Shown: piece after piece, positions 24,309-37,313 of the stretch | How the letters are laid out: every line of letters starts with the position of its first letter | Position numbering within the stretch: the first letter of the stretch is position 1 | Origin: Amoebophrya sp. A120 | Taxonomy: Eukaryota > Protista > Dinoflagellata | Direction: 5' to 3' | Length of the DNA: 64,000 nucleotides | NCBI GenBank assembly: GCA_905178155.1 | Contig: CAJINV010000015.1 | Location: forward strand, 1,878,571 to 1,942,570 | Made by a program: the position numbers and the translations under genes | The notes under the pieces: model-generated | The model's database searches: none | The model's input: the letters and a program-made list of their open reading frames with translations, nothing else | Told to the model about the DNA's origin: nothing

Positions 24309-26315
24309 ATGGAAGATACTAGTAGTCAGGAGGGGAGCTGCTCAAGGTCAGAGCGATGTGGGTAGAAATGGCTCCTGGAGTAGATGCCGATCATGATGAC
24401 CAGCTGCTCCTACAACTTCTTTGCGTTTATGTATTTTTGGAATTTAGATCATGAAGAAATAGACCTCATGAAAGTTTTCAGTCGTCACTTCTAGCCTTCA
24501 GCAATTTGTTGATACCTCTTCACTCCTAGCGTGATGCTGGATTCGCAACAACGGGTTTTACGAGCCAAGAACTCTGTATGATCTAGTACACATTTATTCT
24601 ATTGAAGCTTCAACTTGGGTTATACAAGAATACAGTCGCAGTTGGATGTTTTAGGATAACGCTTCCCGTCACGCCGATTGAGATTGTGAAGAGGAGTGCC
24701 ATCGAAGTAGGTTGAGGCATGTTGATCTGTGCCGTATTTTTCATTTTCAGTTTTAATTTCTAGAAGTACAAATCTCTTTCCTGCCAAACTCACAAGCAAC
24801 CACGACAAGAATGATGCTTCTTTCAGCAGATAGAGGAGCTTCACAAACAAACGAAAGATCTTCCGTGGTCCTATTCTACGCGTCTGCCTGAAACACCAAG
24901 ATAACTTTTGCCAGGAACAATATTTTTGTCCGTATAAACTGCAAATGCCAGCAAGGAGGTGGTCGTTATGGTTTTATAAGCGATATCAAGAGCCCTTCGA
25001 AGAGTAGGACGCCTCATGAGGAGAAGTGGCGCCGGGTTCTTCTGCACAAGCGAATAAAACGGCACGAGCGCCGGAGAAGTATTGATTTGAAGCTATCAAT
25101 TGGATCGCGTAGCGAAGAAAGAGAAACACGAAAAAGGAGTGAATCTGAGAGAAGCCTGCTGCGCTCTGTTGGCAGCGCGTTTCGAGTAGGAGTGCCGAGC
25201 GCGTCCGTCATGGATGCTCCACGTTGTGGGCCCGTGCGTCTTTCACGACCCCAGCACGAAAAGCGGCCCAATTGTAGACTGAGAGCGCACTTTGCACTTT
25301 GTTCCCGTGCCTGCTGCGCGGGCCCCCGCTCTGGCCTGGCGCGCTATCTTGCGTCCAAGTTCGCGCGCACGGCGTTCAAGAGGCTGAAAAGCGCCGCGAG
25401 TGAGGAGGACGCAGGGTTGTTCGGCAGAGGTATGGCTCTCCAGTTTCCGAACAAGTTCGACGGCCCTTGCTCGACCGAGCTGGATGATTTGGATTTCTGT
25501 GCCGAGATGGCTCCGCTCAATCATCCTCGAAGACGGCGGCGGCTCCGCTCATACTCGAAGACAGCGAGCGGCCCGGCCCCCCCCGGCCGGCCTAGCTGGG
25601 CCCCCCCCGGGCCTGCGTTCGTTGCGCCTCGTGCTTCGTATCCCCCGCCGTGACGCCCGTCTTTCCCCCTGTGCAGCAACCCGGCCCAGTTGGCAGGGAA
25701 GCACTTAAACTTATCGGGAAAGCCCGAGCACGCCGCGGCAGCCGGGGGCGGCGCCGGTTGCTTGGGCTACTGTCTGGCTAAGCCGCCGGGCCCGGGGCTC
25801 GTCTGCTGCTGGATATTCCTGGCGCGCCCCATAATGCGTTGGGGGAATTCGGTGCCAGTGCATGTGCCGCCACTGTGGGACCGCGCGTCGCACGGGTGGC
25901 CGGCGCCGTCCGCAGTGAGGAGGGCGGGCTGTCAATGCATTATATATGATTAAGTATTCAAGCGCGTGCACCGTTGCCCTCGTCCTCAGTCAGAGCTAGA
26001 TTGGTGCTTTGCACGAGCTGCCCCACGGACGAACGTTGGCACGCCCGGCCTGATGTGTTGTGTCTGCCTGTGTATTTGAGTGGATAAGGCGCAGAGTGGA
26101 GAGAGGGGGCGGGGCGCGATAGCATTTTAGTTCGAGGAGAAAACGGAGGCGCTACTAAGCATGTTGTGTATAGTGGTCCTATACTTTTGCTAGATTGTAT
26201 CTTCAACTTCACTCATTTCCATTTGCTGTAAGCCTTTGTCTCCAAGGACCGCCGCACAGTATCCTTTTCTCTTTACTTAAATAATACATTTTCCACCCGG
26301 AAGGGACGTTGAACC

Positions 26316-29300
26316 ATGTCGCGCCGCCTGAAAATTGAAAACGCGATCAAAGGCCTGATCGCCGACAAAGAGGCCGCGCTGCTCAAAGCCGAGGAAGAGT
26401 TTCAAAAGGAACGGGAGCTGCGGAGCCAGGAGAAGCGGAATGTGAAGAGACTCGCCGCTTCGGCACATTTAGGAGCGCGGGATGGCGAGACGGAGAAAAC
26501 GCCGAGGCGTGTGGTGACGGGAGGACTAGATTTCGGGTATAGCTAGTTTTTCATGCAAAATGAAGAGCATGTGCATTGCATGTCTGGATTTTCTGTTACG
26601 GCATTAGCTGTACGAAATACAGCGCACGAATAATCTTTACATTTACGAATGATCCTGTACTCCATCATCAAACTCTACTCAAATAAGAGACCTTCGGCCA
26701 CCCTGACGGCCCCAGTTCCGTACGCCTGCGCAGTCTGTTTCGCGACAACGTCGGGAGGGGGCAGTGGTAGTGCCAGCAGTAGCTTCTCGTCCTCGTCCAC
26801 CGCGAACTACACAAATTTTGCGGCGCATCAACATGGTGGAGTTGGAAATGAAACCCGCATCTCAAATTCAGCTGGAAGTAGTTCAACTCTCACGACAACT
26901 ACCACACCCTCTCGGCCGCTTCGCGTCTGTCCCGCGCGGCTGCACCGCTACTGCGACAAACACTGGAAGACGTCAAGATGCGACTGTGAGCCCAGCAGTG
27001 GGAATTCGAATTGTAGTGCTAGTACTACGGCGGAGACAACTATCGACAAGCAATTCTGTCGCGAAATCCCACCCGCGACGGTCACGGATACGGAAAAGCT
27101 GCACTTGAAACTGAAACGACCCCACGACTCAGTGACGACCACAAACTCCTTCCCCTATTGCGCGGTGTGTTGCAAAGCACCGGTAGCAGCGGGGAACTTC
27201 TTCTGCCAGAACTGCTTCACCGTCGGGTACTGTTCGGAGGGGCACATGAGACAGCACGTTAACCACTTGCACGTGTTCGGGCTGGAATGTTTGGAGGAAC
27301 AGTTTGGCAGGTTCGAGGAGCTTGTCGGGGACAGTTCCGATCATATGAACAGTAGCGGAAACTACAGCACGAACATCAACACAAAAGGAAACATGTTCAA
27401 GAGATTCCCGATGCTGAGGTTTCCGACCTGTGAGGAACTGCAGGGAACGTTTGCGGCGAAGAAGATGTACTATGAGTTGAGCCGGGACGATCGAGCTAGT
27501 CGAGGAAGAAGAACTACAAGGGCGGCAGCAACGGCGGAGGGCCAAGACGCCGATGGCAACCACGGTGGAACCAAAAACCCCGGTCAACTTCTGTGGGAAG
27601 CCCTGCTGCACCGGGTGAAAATCGAAGCGGAGGCAGCGGTAGAGCAGGATGATGAAGGGGCGGACGCTGGTCGTGCGCCGGGTCTAGCGGCGCACCACGA
27701 GGAACGAGATCCTGTTCCACATGATCAAGAAAAAAAAGGCGCTGACCACGGCGCTGCAGTGGGAGCTGGCAATAAGAAGAGATTAACCAAAACCCACAGC
27801 CGTATGGACGAGGAAAAAGAAAACCAGCTCGCCATCCTTCACTCCGGCCCTGGCCGCAGTAGGAAACGGAAGAAAAAGCGACAGAGGACAATCCTGGACG
27901 AATTGCCGAGGTTTGAAATTCCGAAGACAACACTCACGTCAGGACATCTACTTCCAGTACACGACAGTAGCGCTTCTACGAAGACGCTTCGTCAACAGCA
28001 AACTTCTGAAGAAAAGCAACTCTCCTCTTCCACCTCCTGGACCACGTTTCTCCTGAACTATCAAACAAAAAACTGTTAACGGTAACGGCTTTCCTGGATT
28101 GCGGATATGCATGACAAATTTGCCTAGCATGCATGCTATGCATGACAGATCTGGGCACGTTTTGCGATGCGTTACTGCATTACAAATTCCGTATATTATA
28201 CGGAATTTGTAATGCGATAACGTTATACTATAACGTTATAACTTTTTCCTGTGATATGAACACCGGCTGGATCACGCTCGGGCTGAGGAAGGGCGAGTGG
28301 GGAACTCTGATGCACGCTTTGTCCGAGGTGTTTCTCTTTCTGCAGTTGCGGGAGGTGTTGTTTGATAGGGGGTCGGGGTCCTCCTCCAAGCGGAGCAGAA
28401 ATAAACTACCTGGTGGAATAAATAGTGCGAATCCAGCAGCAGAAGACTCAGACAGCGAATTTGATTACGACGAGGCCATGCTGTCGGAAAGGCAAGTGTT
28501 TGTTGAAGAAGATGAACGCTTTTCTCCTGAAAGTAAAGGCGGAGCGACGCAGACGAGTAGAAGAGGTGGCACGACCACAGCGCAAGAAGGTAAGGCAAGC
28601 ATCAGCAAAAGCAAAGCGGCAATTATACAGCCTCGACGCCAAGAGCGAGACACTCCCGAACCCGTTGTCGTGAAGAAGTCTCAAGTCGAAGTCACCGACG
28701 GAAAAACACTGAAGGACTTGCTGGACAAGGCCAACAAAATTCCGACGACCGACGGTTTCTTCGCCGAGAAGAAGAAACCAATCGGGTTGCTGTCGTTTGT
28801 TGGTGATAAAGCGAACGCCGGCAGCACTGCCGGTCGTTTTGACGATGATGTCGGGCCCTCCTCAACATTGTCATCTGTTCTTGCAGAGAACAATGCCAGC
28901 CCCGCCGGAGAACTACAAGCCGACGTCTCACCATCGTCCCGGGTCAAAGACACGTTTGAAATTCTGGACGCCTACCCAGTTGCTCCGGGTCCAACCGCAT
29001 TAGCCCCGGGCGCGGCGAACGGAAATTATAAGCCGACATTACCGCCGCCAACTCCCTTCAACGTCGTCTTTCTCCACGCAGAGTTGGAAAACACCGACAT
29101 GCTGCAGTTTTTGCGCGAAAAATGGACCTTGTTTCTGTCGATGCTGTGCTTCGGAAACGATGGCGATAGCGAAGATGCTGCAGGATCTACTTCGCATGTT
29201 GGAAAAAATCTGAAGCTCGAGCTTACCTTCTATGGCGTTCTCACCTGTTACATTCTCAACTGTTGCACGGATTTCCCATGCAAAACTGCCATCAGCCTCC

Positions 29301-30798
29301 ACTTGATCAAGGTGCTTAGCATGACAAATTTTCGAAGGGCTAAGCAGCATGACAATCTGTGGCAAATCTGTGATGCGAAAGCTGCAATATTGCCACTTTT
29401 ACTGTTGCTGTTCTTGCATTACAAATCCATGTAACAGTTGAGAATGTAACGTTTGAGAACGCCATACCTTCTGCGTCCCGGAAAACCTCCACTTCGATTG
29501 CAGCTCGGAAATGTTTTCGAAGGACAGCCTGCAGATTTACCGGGGGAGTACGACCATAGCAGCTAGCACAGGTAAACAAGCAGAGGCACCAGACGATCTT
29601 CATGCTCCAGCACCACTTGCAAATGAAGATGTGCGCGACGTCGTGCAGGGATTGATCGTGAATCAGCAGGCATTGGCGCAGCAGCAGCTTCAACCACCGA
29701 TCACACCGGCGCAACTACAGGAAGTAGAGGACCAAAAAATACTTTTACCGGAAACCGCTCGCGACCCTGGACCGGGAACGTTGTTGGAAGAGAAAATCAC
29801 TCATGCTCTTCCGCACCACTGCACCTCCTCCCTTCGCTATCGGCTCTTTCCGCAAACAGTGAAGTTTGAACACGAGTTTTTCAACTCCCGGACGGATTTG
29901 TTCGTCTTCGTCGGCGGGGGGTTTTTCCAGCACAAAGACCAAATGGCCAACGTTGATAATGTTAATGCCTCTTCAACAGCCGCACCAGCATCTTCGGATG
30001 GTGCAACCACGACAGCAGGAGGAGGAGAAGCCACGGGAGGACGCACAAATAATGCAAGAGAAGTAGACCACGGACTAGTACAACCACAACCACAAGATAC
30101 AACTACAGACGACCCCTTACTCGAACTGGATCTTCGCCACTTTTTCGATACCGTTTTGAGAAAATCCTCGAAGAAGCGGAAAAAATCCGACCAGCAACAG
30201 TTCGTGAATTCTTGGAAGAAGTTCGGAATCACATCGAAGCCCGGGACCAAATTGCTCCTCGTGAACCGAAAGAGGAAGCTGGTGGAGAGAAATTTGGAGT
30301 TCTGCTTGAAAACATTGAACCGAGAACGAGACCAGTTATTAGATGACGATGAGGTTTTCGCGACTGCACCGTGGGCGAAGCAGGAAGGTGATACGCTGTT
30401 AGGCAACGCGGGGCGGAAAAAAACCGCTTGGGAAATTTTGCTGCCGGTAACGGAAAATGCTGGTTTTGCGAGTCCCTTGTATTATGAGAGTGCACGACAA
30501 TTCCCCCTCCCCCTCATTTGTATGGCATGAACAGCAACACAAGCAGCAGTAGAAAAGGGGCGTTTGCATGACAAATCTGCATGCGACTTGTAGTACTATT
30601 TGAGGTTCCGAAATTTGTCATGCTGACAGTGCTTACGAGCAAAGGGGGCGGGAGTTTGGTATTTTGCATTACAAACGAGGGGGAGGGGGAGTTGTGCAGT
30701 CTCATATGTACCTGCATGCGGACTACGAGCGCGAATGGAGGTGGTTTGCTGTGTTGGTGAGAGGGAAGGAGAAGAGAAACTACAACTACAGATCATGA
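26316..30798 (+). CDS. MYND zinc-finger protein with MSS51/ZMYND15-like C-terminal region
   Basis: CAVC-x10-CQNC-x5-YCSEGHMRQH-x3-H MYND pattern. GT-AG intron 26537-26689 plus introners 28059, 29231, 30483 give one frame ending …RNYNYRS*. MSS51-like call is from motif resemblance (FLHAELE, LELTF, DLFVF, GFASP). Confidence 0.75.
28059..28256. mobile_element. Introner family G
   Basis: Similar to 22568 element; DR TGAAC/TGAAC. Confidence 0.9.
29231..29466. mobile_element. Introner family F (opposite orientation to 12126 copy)
   Basis: Family F TIR; DR CCTTC/CCTTC. Confidence 0.95.
30483..30706. mobile_element. Introner family E
   Basis: Family E TIR; DR TGTAT/TGTAC. Confidence 0.9.
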
Positions 30799-31691
30799 AA
30801 TAAGCGTAGTCACACTTACAACTGGAGGAAGAGCTTCACGGTAGATCAATCGTGGCAGGAGTGCAAGCTGCACTGCTGCCAGTAGCGCTACGTAAAAATG
30901 CACTTCGATGCCAACTACGGCGACGAGAGGCCTCCTGCTCGCGTTCCCGTCCTCGAAGTTCAAATTCCAACCAGAAGATCAGTTCTTGACATCAATCTAG
31001 GGTCCCCGGAGGGAAGATCTTCCGTGGTCTATGTAGTTGAGTTCCTTTTTTTGCATTTGCATTCCATTTCCGGAGCGAAGGAGGGAACAAGATCCATCGA
31101 TCCACCCAAAACCAAAAGATCCATTAAGACCCTTTCATCTTCATTTGCTCCACTCAAAACAAGACAAATATTGAAAGATCACCCGTAATCTTCTTGGTCA
31201 TCGTGATAATGCCCGGATCAAGGTCAAGTGAGTGGTCATGATGACATGAAATCCACTAAGTACTTTCTTCGGATCGATTGAAATGAAGCTGCGCAGTAGA
31301 GTTCGACAGCTGTCGCGCAGGAGCTTCTCCAGATCCACCATTTGTTTGAAGCGTTTTTTCAAGATAATCGCTGAGGCCATCTCAACCTCTCCAGCTCGAC
31401 AGGCGACGTTGTCACGCGCGAAAACAAAACAATTTGTAAGTGTAAGATTGATTAGATGTACTAGAACTACAATAAAGTTTTCGTTTTGCAATTTGTACTA
31501 TTTTTTAAATGAAAACGAATAGGAGGTTTAGAAATCGTTCCATATTTACGCAATGCCTGCCATGCGCACCATGTCCTAGTAACATCGTTATAAGCACCAG
31601 ATAATTCCCCCGATAGCAAGGAAGACAGGCGCAGTCCTGGTGCAGCGAAAGCAATAGTAATAAATAAGCTGGTGGATCTGTTTTTTGAAAA

Positions 31692-34600
31692 ATGATGGCG
31701 TATCTAATCTCCAATGTGATACCGCCCACATTCAGACGGGACCCTTCTTCACAATCATCGCGAGGCTGTAGTCGGTGCAGCAGCGGCGCCATCATAATTG
31801 CCAGCGAAAATACGCCGAGCATGATGTTCATGCCCTGTGTGGTCTCGTCCTGGTGTTTAATATTCTCTGCATTCATCCTATTCCTCCCTGAGTTCCAGTC
31901 CTTTAGTACAACAAATGCGCTGGCGAAGCGAATGCCAATGCCGGGTACTACACTTCCAAAAGCTCCAGCCTCTCCTTCGCCTCCTCGAAACCGCCACTTT
32001 CAAAAACTACTCCAACTTGTCGCGCGACGGGAAAACACCTCCCAAATCATGGAGCAGTGGAGCAGCTTCGTCAAGCCCGTACCGCGCTCGCAGCCGTTGA
32101 ATGGAGAAGAGGTTTTCCAGAAACTGAAACAGCAGCTGCATAGCTTCTGCACCCAGGTCGCAGACATTCGTAGACGAAGCATGAATCCGCCCAGTCCGAG
32201 ACCTCTCCCTACTAGCCTCGAAGACGAGAAAAGTTTGTTCCTGCTCCGGCAACTCGCCTATACCCTCGCGAAACCAATCGAGGCGGCGCAGCAGACGGGC
32301 GGGGGGTCGGTGGCCGTTAAGAAGGAATTCTACCCGTATCGCTCGTTTGAGGAAGACCTGCGGGATCGGCACAATGATTTGAATCCGACTATCGGGGAAC
32401 TACCACTTTTTTCCGCTGTCTACCGTGCGCCCTTCTCCGACGGCCGGCTTGACATTTACGCGCCCAGAGTCGTGTTTCCAGTAGAACAATTCCAGCCCGC
32501 GACAAGTTTTTGGCCGGAGTTACTGGCCCAGCCGACGCATCACGCTGATTACCGACACTGGGACGTGCGTCTAGAGGGGCTCACGCTTAAGATGGCCGTC
32601 TCCCCGCAGGGATTTCGTCGCGGCCGCGTGGCCAATCACATCGTGCGCGTAAACTTTGACATAGAAGTGGAGAGGATGGCTGACGTAGTGTTCCCTTTAG
32701 CAGACCCCTATCCGCTCGTCGGTCATCCAGACACGACTGGCGTTCCAGTTTCTTCACAACAAAGGGCGCCGATGCCACAAATGCCGAGGCCGCCACAAAT
32801 GCCGAGCCCCCCGAGGCCGCCACAAATGCCGAGGCCGCCACAAATGCCGAGGATGCCACAAATGCCGACGATGCCACAAATGCCGACGATGCCACAAATG
32901 CCGACGATGCCACACATCAGCAACATGTCGGGGATGTCACACATGGATCCTGGGATGCCACAAATACCACCTTCTTCACCGTCGAAAGCGGGACCGACAA
33001 ATAGCGGGCAGGCTCCGCCCGGAGGCAAAAGCAAGCCAAATGATGTTGATCACATCAACCGTAATCTCGGGAACCTATATGTCAGAGAAGCCCAGGACCG
33101 ACTTCAACGGGCTGGCGAGGTGGAAACGGGGGTGTGGATCGTGCTGGGGGTCGGAATATGGATTGCAAAAATGTCTGGGTCTGGAAACCTGTGATGCTTG
33201 GTGGCGTATCATGAGGAAGCAACAAGTGCTGGCTCAGCATGACAAGTTTCTGAGCTTCTAGGTGTTGCCTATTTTGCATGACAGACTGCGTTTTTGCATG
33301 ACAGAAAAATGGGGCTCTTGGGTAACCAACGCGCATGACAGATTTAAGAGTCAAGCCAGACAAGCATGACAAACATGCATTCTTCCTGACCCAGACACTT
33401 TTGCAGTTGATACGGAATTTTCCTGGCGGTTGCGAACCTGGTGGTGCTGGTTGTGTTGATTTGCCGATGGAACAAAAAGGTAAGAAATCGTGCCGTCGAA
33501 GGGACTTCTCCGAGTAGTGCTGCACCAGGTAAATCTGAATCTACAACTCCTGGAGCTGTTCCTGGAAAGGAAGAAGCTCGTGATCAACTCTCTGGTGAAG
33601 CGCAGCCGGTGGTGCAGCTGGTGCACCAGCCGCTGGACGAGGATAGAGCCACTGCCGACAGTGGAGCCGCCGCGCCAGGATTTGAGGACCCTTTTGCTGC
33701 TGCTGCAATTGGCCCATCGGATGAAAACAGTCATCCCGGAAAAAATAAATTAGAAGCTGCACAAGAACCACCAGTTCTTCTGGCGCTGCAACATCAAGAA
33801 GTAGGAGCAACGCCAAAACAGCCGGCCTCGTCCCGCGCTGGGCTGTTTAAGGAACACGTGCTCACTATGGAAGATCCTGCGCCGTTTAACAACCAACATC
33901 GGAATGGAATTCGACACGCAGCTGGTGTGCCAGGAGCGCCGCCACTTCTATTCTTTGACCAGCACCAGCACGCCGTCGCAGCACAGCAGCAACAGGCAGT
34001 AGCAGTACCGCCGCCTGGAGCACCTCCACAAGCGGCGTTTCCAGGAGCGGTTGGGGCAGCACCTGCCATAGAAGAAGGACAACGAGGAGCTCAAGCCGCG
34101 CCACAAGAAGTTCTTACCGCGAACGACCCCCACGCTCTGACGCGGTTTGAGAAGTACCAGCTGAAGATGCAGCAAATGCAGCAATATCAGAATTTGCAGC
34201 GGTTCGGGGGGAGGCAAAACTTTCGAAATTTGCAGGTAAACGAGAACAAGGGTGGCGACAGTGCTGGGAGTGAGCAAGTAGAGCAGGTTGGCGTGCAAAA
34301 CTTCGACCGAGAAGTCGTTGCTGAAACTAAAGCAGCTCCTCCCATCGCCGTGCGAGAAATAGGTGCTCGTCGAGCTACGACGACCGGAGCTGGTCCTGCT
34401 GGCGCGCAAGGTTGTGCAACTGGCAGCTCATCTGCAGCAGCAGCAACAAATGAGCCTGCTGTGCCTGGTTTTCTGAAAGATACACAAGTTGTAATCAGTG
34501 TCGGTGTTGGGCCAGGAGGATCTCCTCCACACGGAAAGCGTCCTGACGACGAGATTGTGCAGGGAGGAAGTTTCAGCACTACGGCTGAGATGACACCATC

Positions 34601-34832
34601 AGCAGAAAACGTTCGACCGTCGGCTCCCGTCTTGGAACGAACTGTGCTGCCCGCTGGAGGTCTTGACTGTGGTTATGCCAGCGCGCACCAAACAGCGACA
34701 GTATTACACAACGGCGGTATGATTGGGAGCTCCTGCCCATCAAGAACTACCGGCGATAGCTCTTTCATCCCTCCCGAAACCCCCTCGGGTTGGGAAAGGG
34801 TGCAAGCTTTACAGGGGTATTCCTTCGATTGA
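31692..34832 (+). CDS. Type I membrane/surface protein with signal peptide, Pro-Gln-Met repeat and one TM helix (true start may be a later Met near 31820)
   Basis: Hydrophobic N-terminal stretch. Removing introner 33157-33412 plus DR rebuilds TM helix WIVLGVGIFLAVANLVVLVVLICRWNKK. Confidence 0.75.
32772..32915 (+). repeat. Coding 18-bp tandem repeat (PQMPxx)
   Basis: Repeated CCACAAATGCCGA(G/C)G(C/A) units. Confidence 0.9.
33157..33412. mobile_element. Introner family D
   Basis: Family D TIR; DR CGGAA/CGGAA. Confidence 0.95.
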
Positions 34833-37313
34833 AAAGTTGTCTACGTATTTCAGCGAGTTTTTTTGTGCGTCGCGCTATGCAGGAGCTCAGATACTAGCAC
34901 AACGCCAATACTTACGGATATTACAGTGTAATACTCGTTCAATTCTATCCAGTTCATATTTTCATATTTTCTAGCCATGATCAAGTTTTGCTGCGAAGAC
35001 CCAGTTGTGTGCTTCTGTATGGGATGTCTTTATTCCCTTGCTTTGCTACTCTCCCTTTTTTTTTTTCGCTTTCAGTATTGCACCTCTGTCAACAAATTTG
35101 AAGTCACAAGTGCGAGCTACCTTCTTTTTTCAAAACATCATTGTTTCGGCTCATTGTCATGGTTTCGTTTCGAATTGCAGCTGACGCTGAGTTGTACCTT
35201 CTAAGTGCTTTTGATCCAACGACAGAGACAGACAGCCTTAGAAAAACCTAAAGAACCTCTAGAAAAATAAATTAGTAAGTATCCCGAAATCATTTTTTTT
35301 GCGACTAAAGAACTAACAGTACAAAAATAGAAATCGCATGCTCTGTTCAAGCTCATCTGGCGCTAGAAGCATCTGTTTCTGTTTGACGACTACACGTGAT
35401 AACACTAACATCACAAGTCTGGTGAATTGTATGATTGAAGACTTCAAGTTAGTACACATCAAGCAACGATCACGAACAAGCCGGACGCCGTTGATTGTTT
35501 CGCCTCCAAAACTTTTTCGCATGTCGCGCGAAGAAATTGTTCCAGAAGGTCCAGTACTAGGTGGAGTTGCAGTGCGATCGCGATGAATCTGCAGGATCGT
35601 TTCGCGATCGCGAAAAAACAAAATGTTGATCACAGCTGTCTCTGCAGGATCGTTTCTTTGGTAATGTTTGTTCAACTTGGTGCGCTTTGGCGACGTCTGT
35701 TTTGCACTTCATCTTCGGGAAGACTATATCCGTATCGACGTAGAGCGTGAGTCTACTTGAATGCACATAGAGTTAGACTTGGGCCAAGTCTAAGTCTTAG
35801 ACTTGGACAGCAACGATGCCCAACATCGTGGTCCATTGATCGCGTCTTGATTCGTTCCCTCTTCTAGAACTACTCACAGTCTTGGATTCTCGATTGCCCG
35901 CCTCGTTATGGGTGTCGTCTGCAATGAGAAACTTTGGTCGCATCTGAAGGGGAGCGATGTTGATGCCTATCCTGCCAGAGGAAACTGCGGCAAAAGAGCG
36001 AGAGGCGAGAGTGAAGGTGCTGTTTCACTACACCAGCATCGCCACCTGCAGCGCAGAATTCTGTATTGGTCGAGATTGAGTTCATCGGGGTAGTACAAGT
36101 AAGAAGTACTACAGCTCCATGGTGCATACTTAATTACTGCACGCTGTGTATCTTTTGTTCGACCAGATTTGCTTCTCTTAGTAAAATTAAAATTTTATTT
36201 TCTACTTGTTTTGGTTGACCTCCCTATATCCGAGTGAGAAGCTGCGCCCACCATCACGCCTGCACCCCTGCAAAAATAAATGGCTCGTCTATCTTGCTAG
36301 AGCGCCTCCAGCTTGATGTTCCTCCAAGTTCCAGAACGATAACCAGAACGAAATAACTCCGAACCCGTGCGCGACCGGTAGAAATAGCACCGCTGTAAAG
36401 CTGAAACCTCCTCGAGTGAGAACTACCCTAATAAAGATTAAAGCACTACCCCGCTAGGCGGCACCATCTGCATCCTCCTGTCGTCCGCGGAGGTGGAGGA
36501 CATCGAGATTGTCACAAATTTTTGCCGGACTACTACTACAGACCACCAGGTGCTGGATGTTGACGACGTGGTCCTGACAACGAACTGACACACAGCGCAA
36601 ATTCCCGGTCCTTGTTCGCCGCAAACGAAGCGCCTCCTAAATCTTCACCAGGGAGCACAAAAATTAATTGCGGACCACTTCACCGCCTCCATTAGAATTA
36701 CGTCAGCAGTTGGTTCCAGGCCTGTACAGTACCTACAACCGCCTTTACTTTGAACTGAGAGGACGTCGCACAGCGATCATCGGCCCGCTTCGTCCTGTGT
36801 CGTAGTCGTCCCCAATACCAATAGTATTTGTGGGAAAATATATTTATCGCCGCCGGCGACCTACATCGACGAAAGTACTGCGTCCACTGCTACCAGCAAT
36901 ACCACGTGGTCGGAGACGAGACGACCGGTGGCGCAGATCAAGTAAAAGTTCGAGTTGTAGTACCTGCTGCAACCTCTACAGCCGATCCTTCGTTCAGCAA
37001 GTAGGGTTGTACTAATCGTCCTCCAGCCCCATTTTGTTCATCCTGCTGAGCTCCGCATTGCATCACGACTCCGGCCAGCGCCAGGGTCGTCGACTACATC
37101 AATCTTCCTCTCTTCCTGAGAATACAAGCAACCAAAAAGTGCGCAGAAACTTACCCTCGGCACAAGAACAACAACTGGAACAACTTCGACCTTCTTCCGG
37201 CGCTTCCTCAGTCACTGTGGTCACTCACACTGCTGGCCTGACGCTGGTGTGACTCAATTCGAATTCTAGAAATATCTATTCCCTCAACCACAACCACTTA
37301 TCAAGAATCGAAG

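Noticed and set aside
34977-37252. Scattered short ORFs between the membrane-protein gene and the 37314 gene
   Set aside because: No coherent frame, domain motif or introner-defined exon chain; left unannotated.
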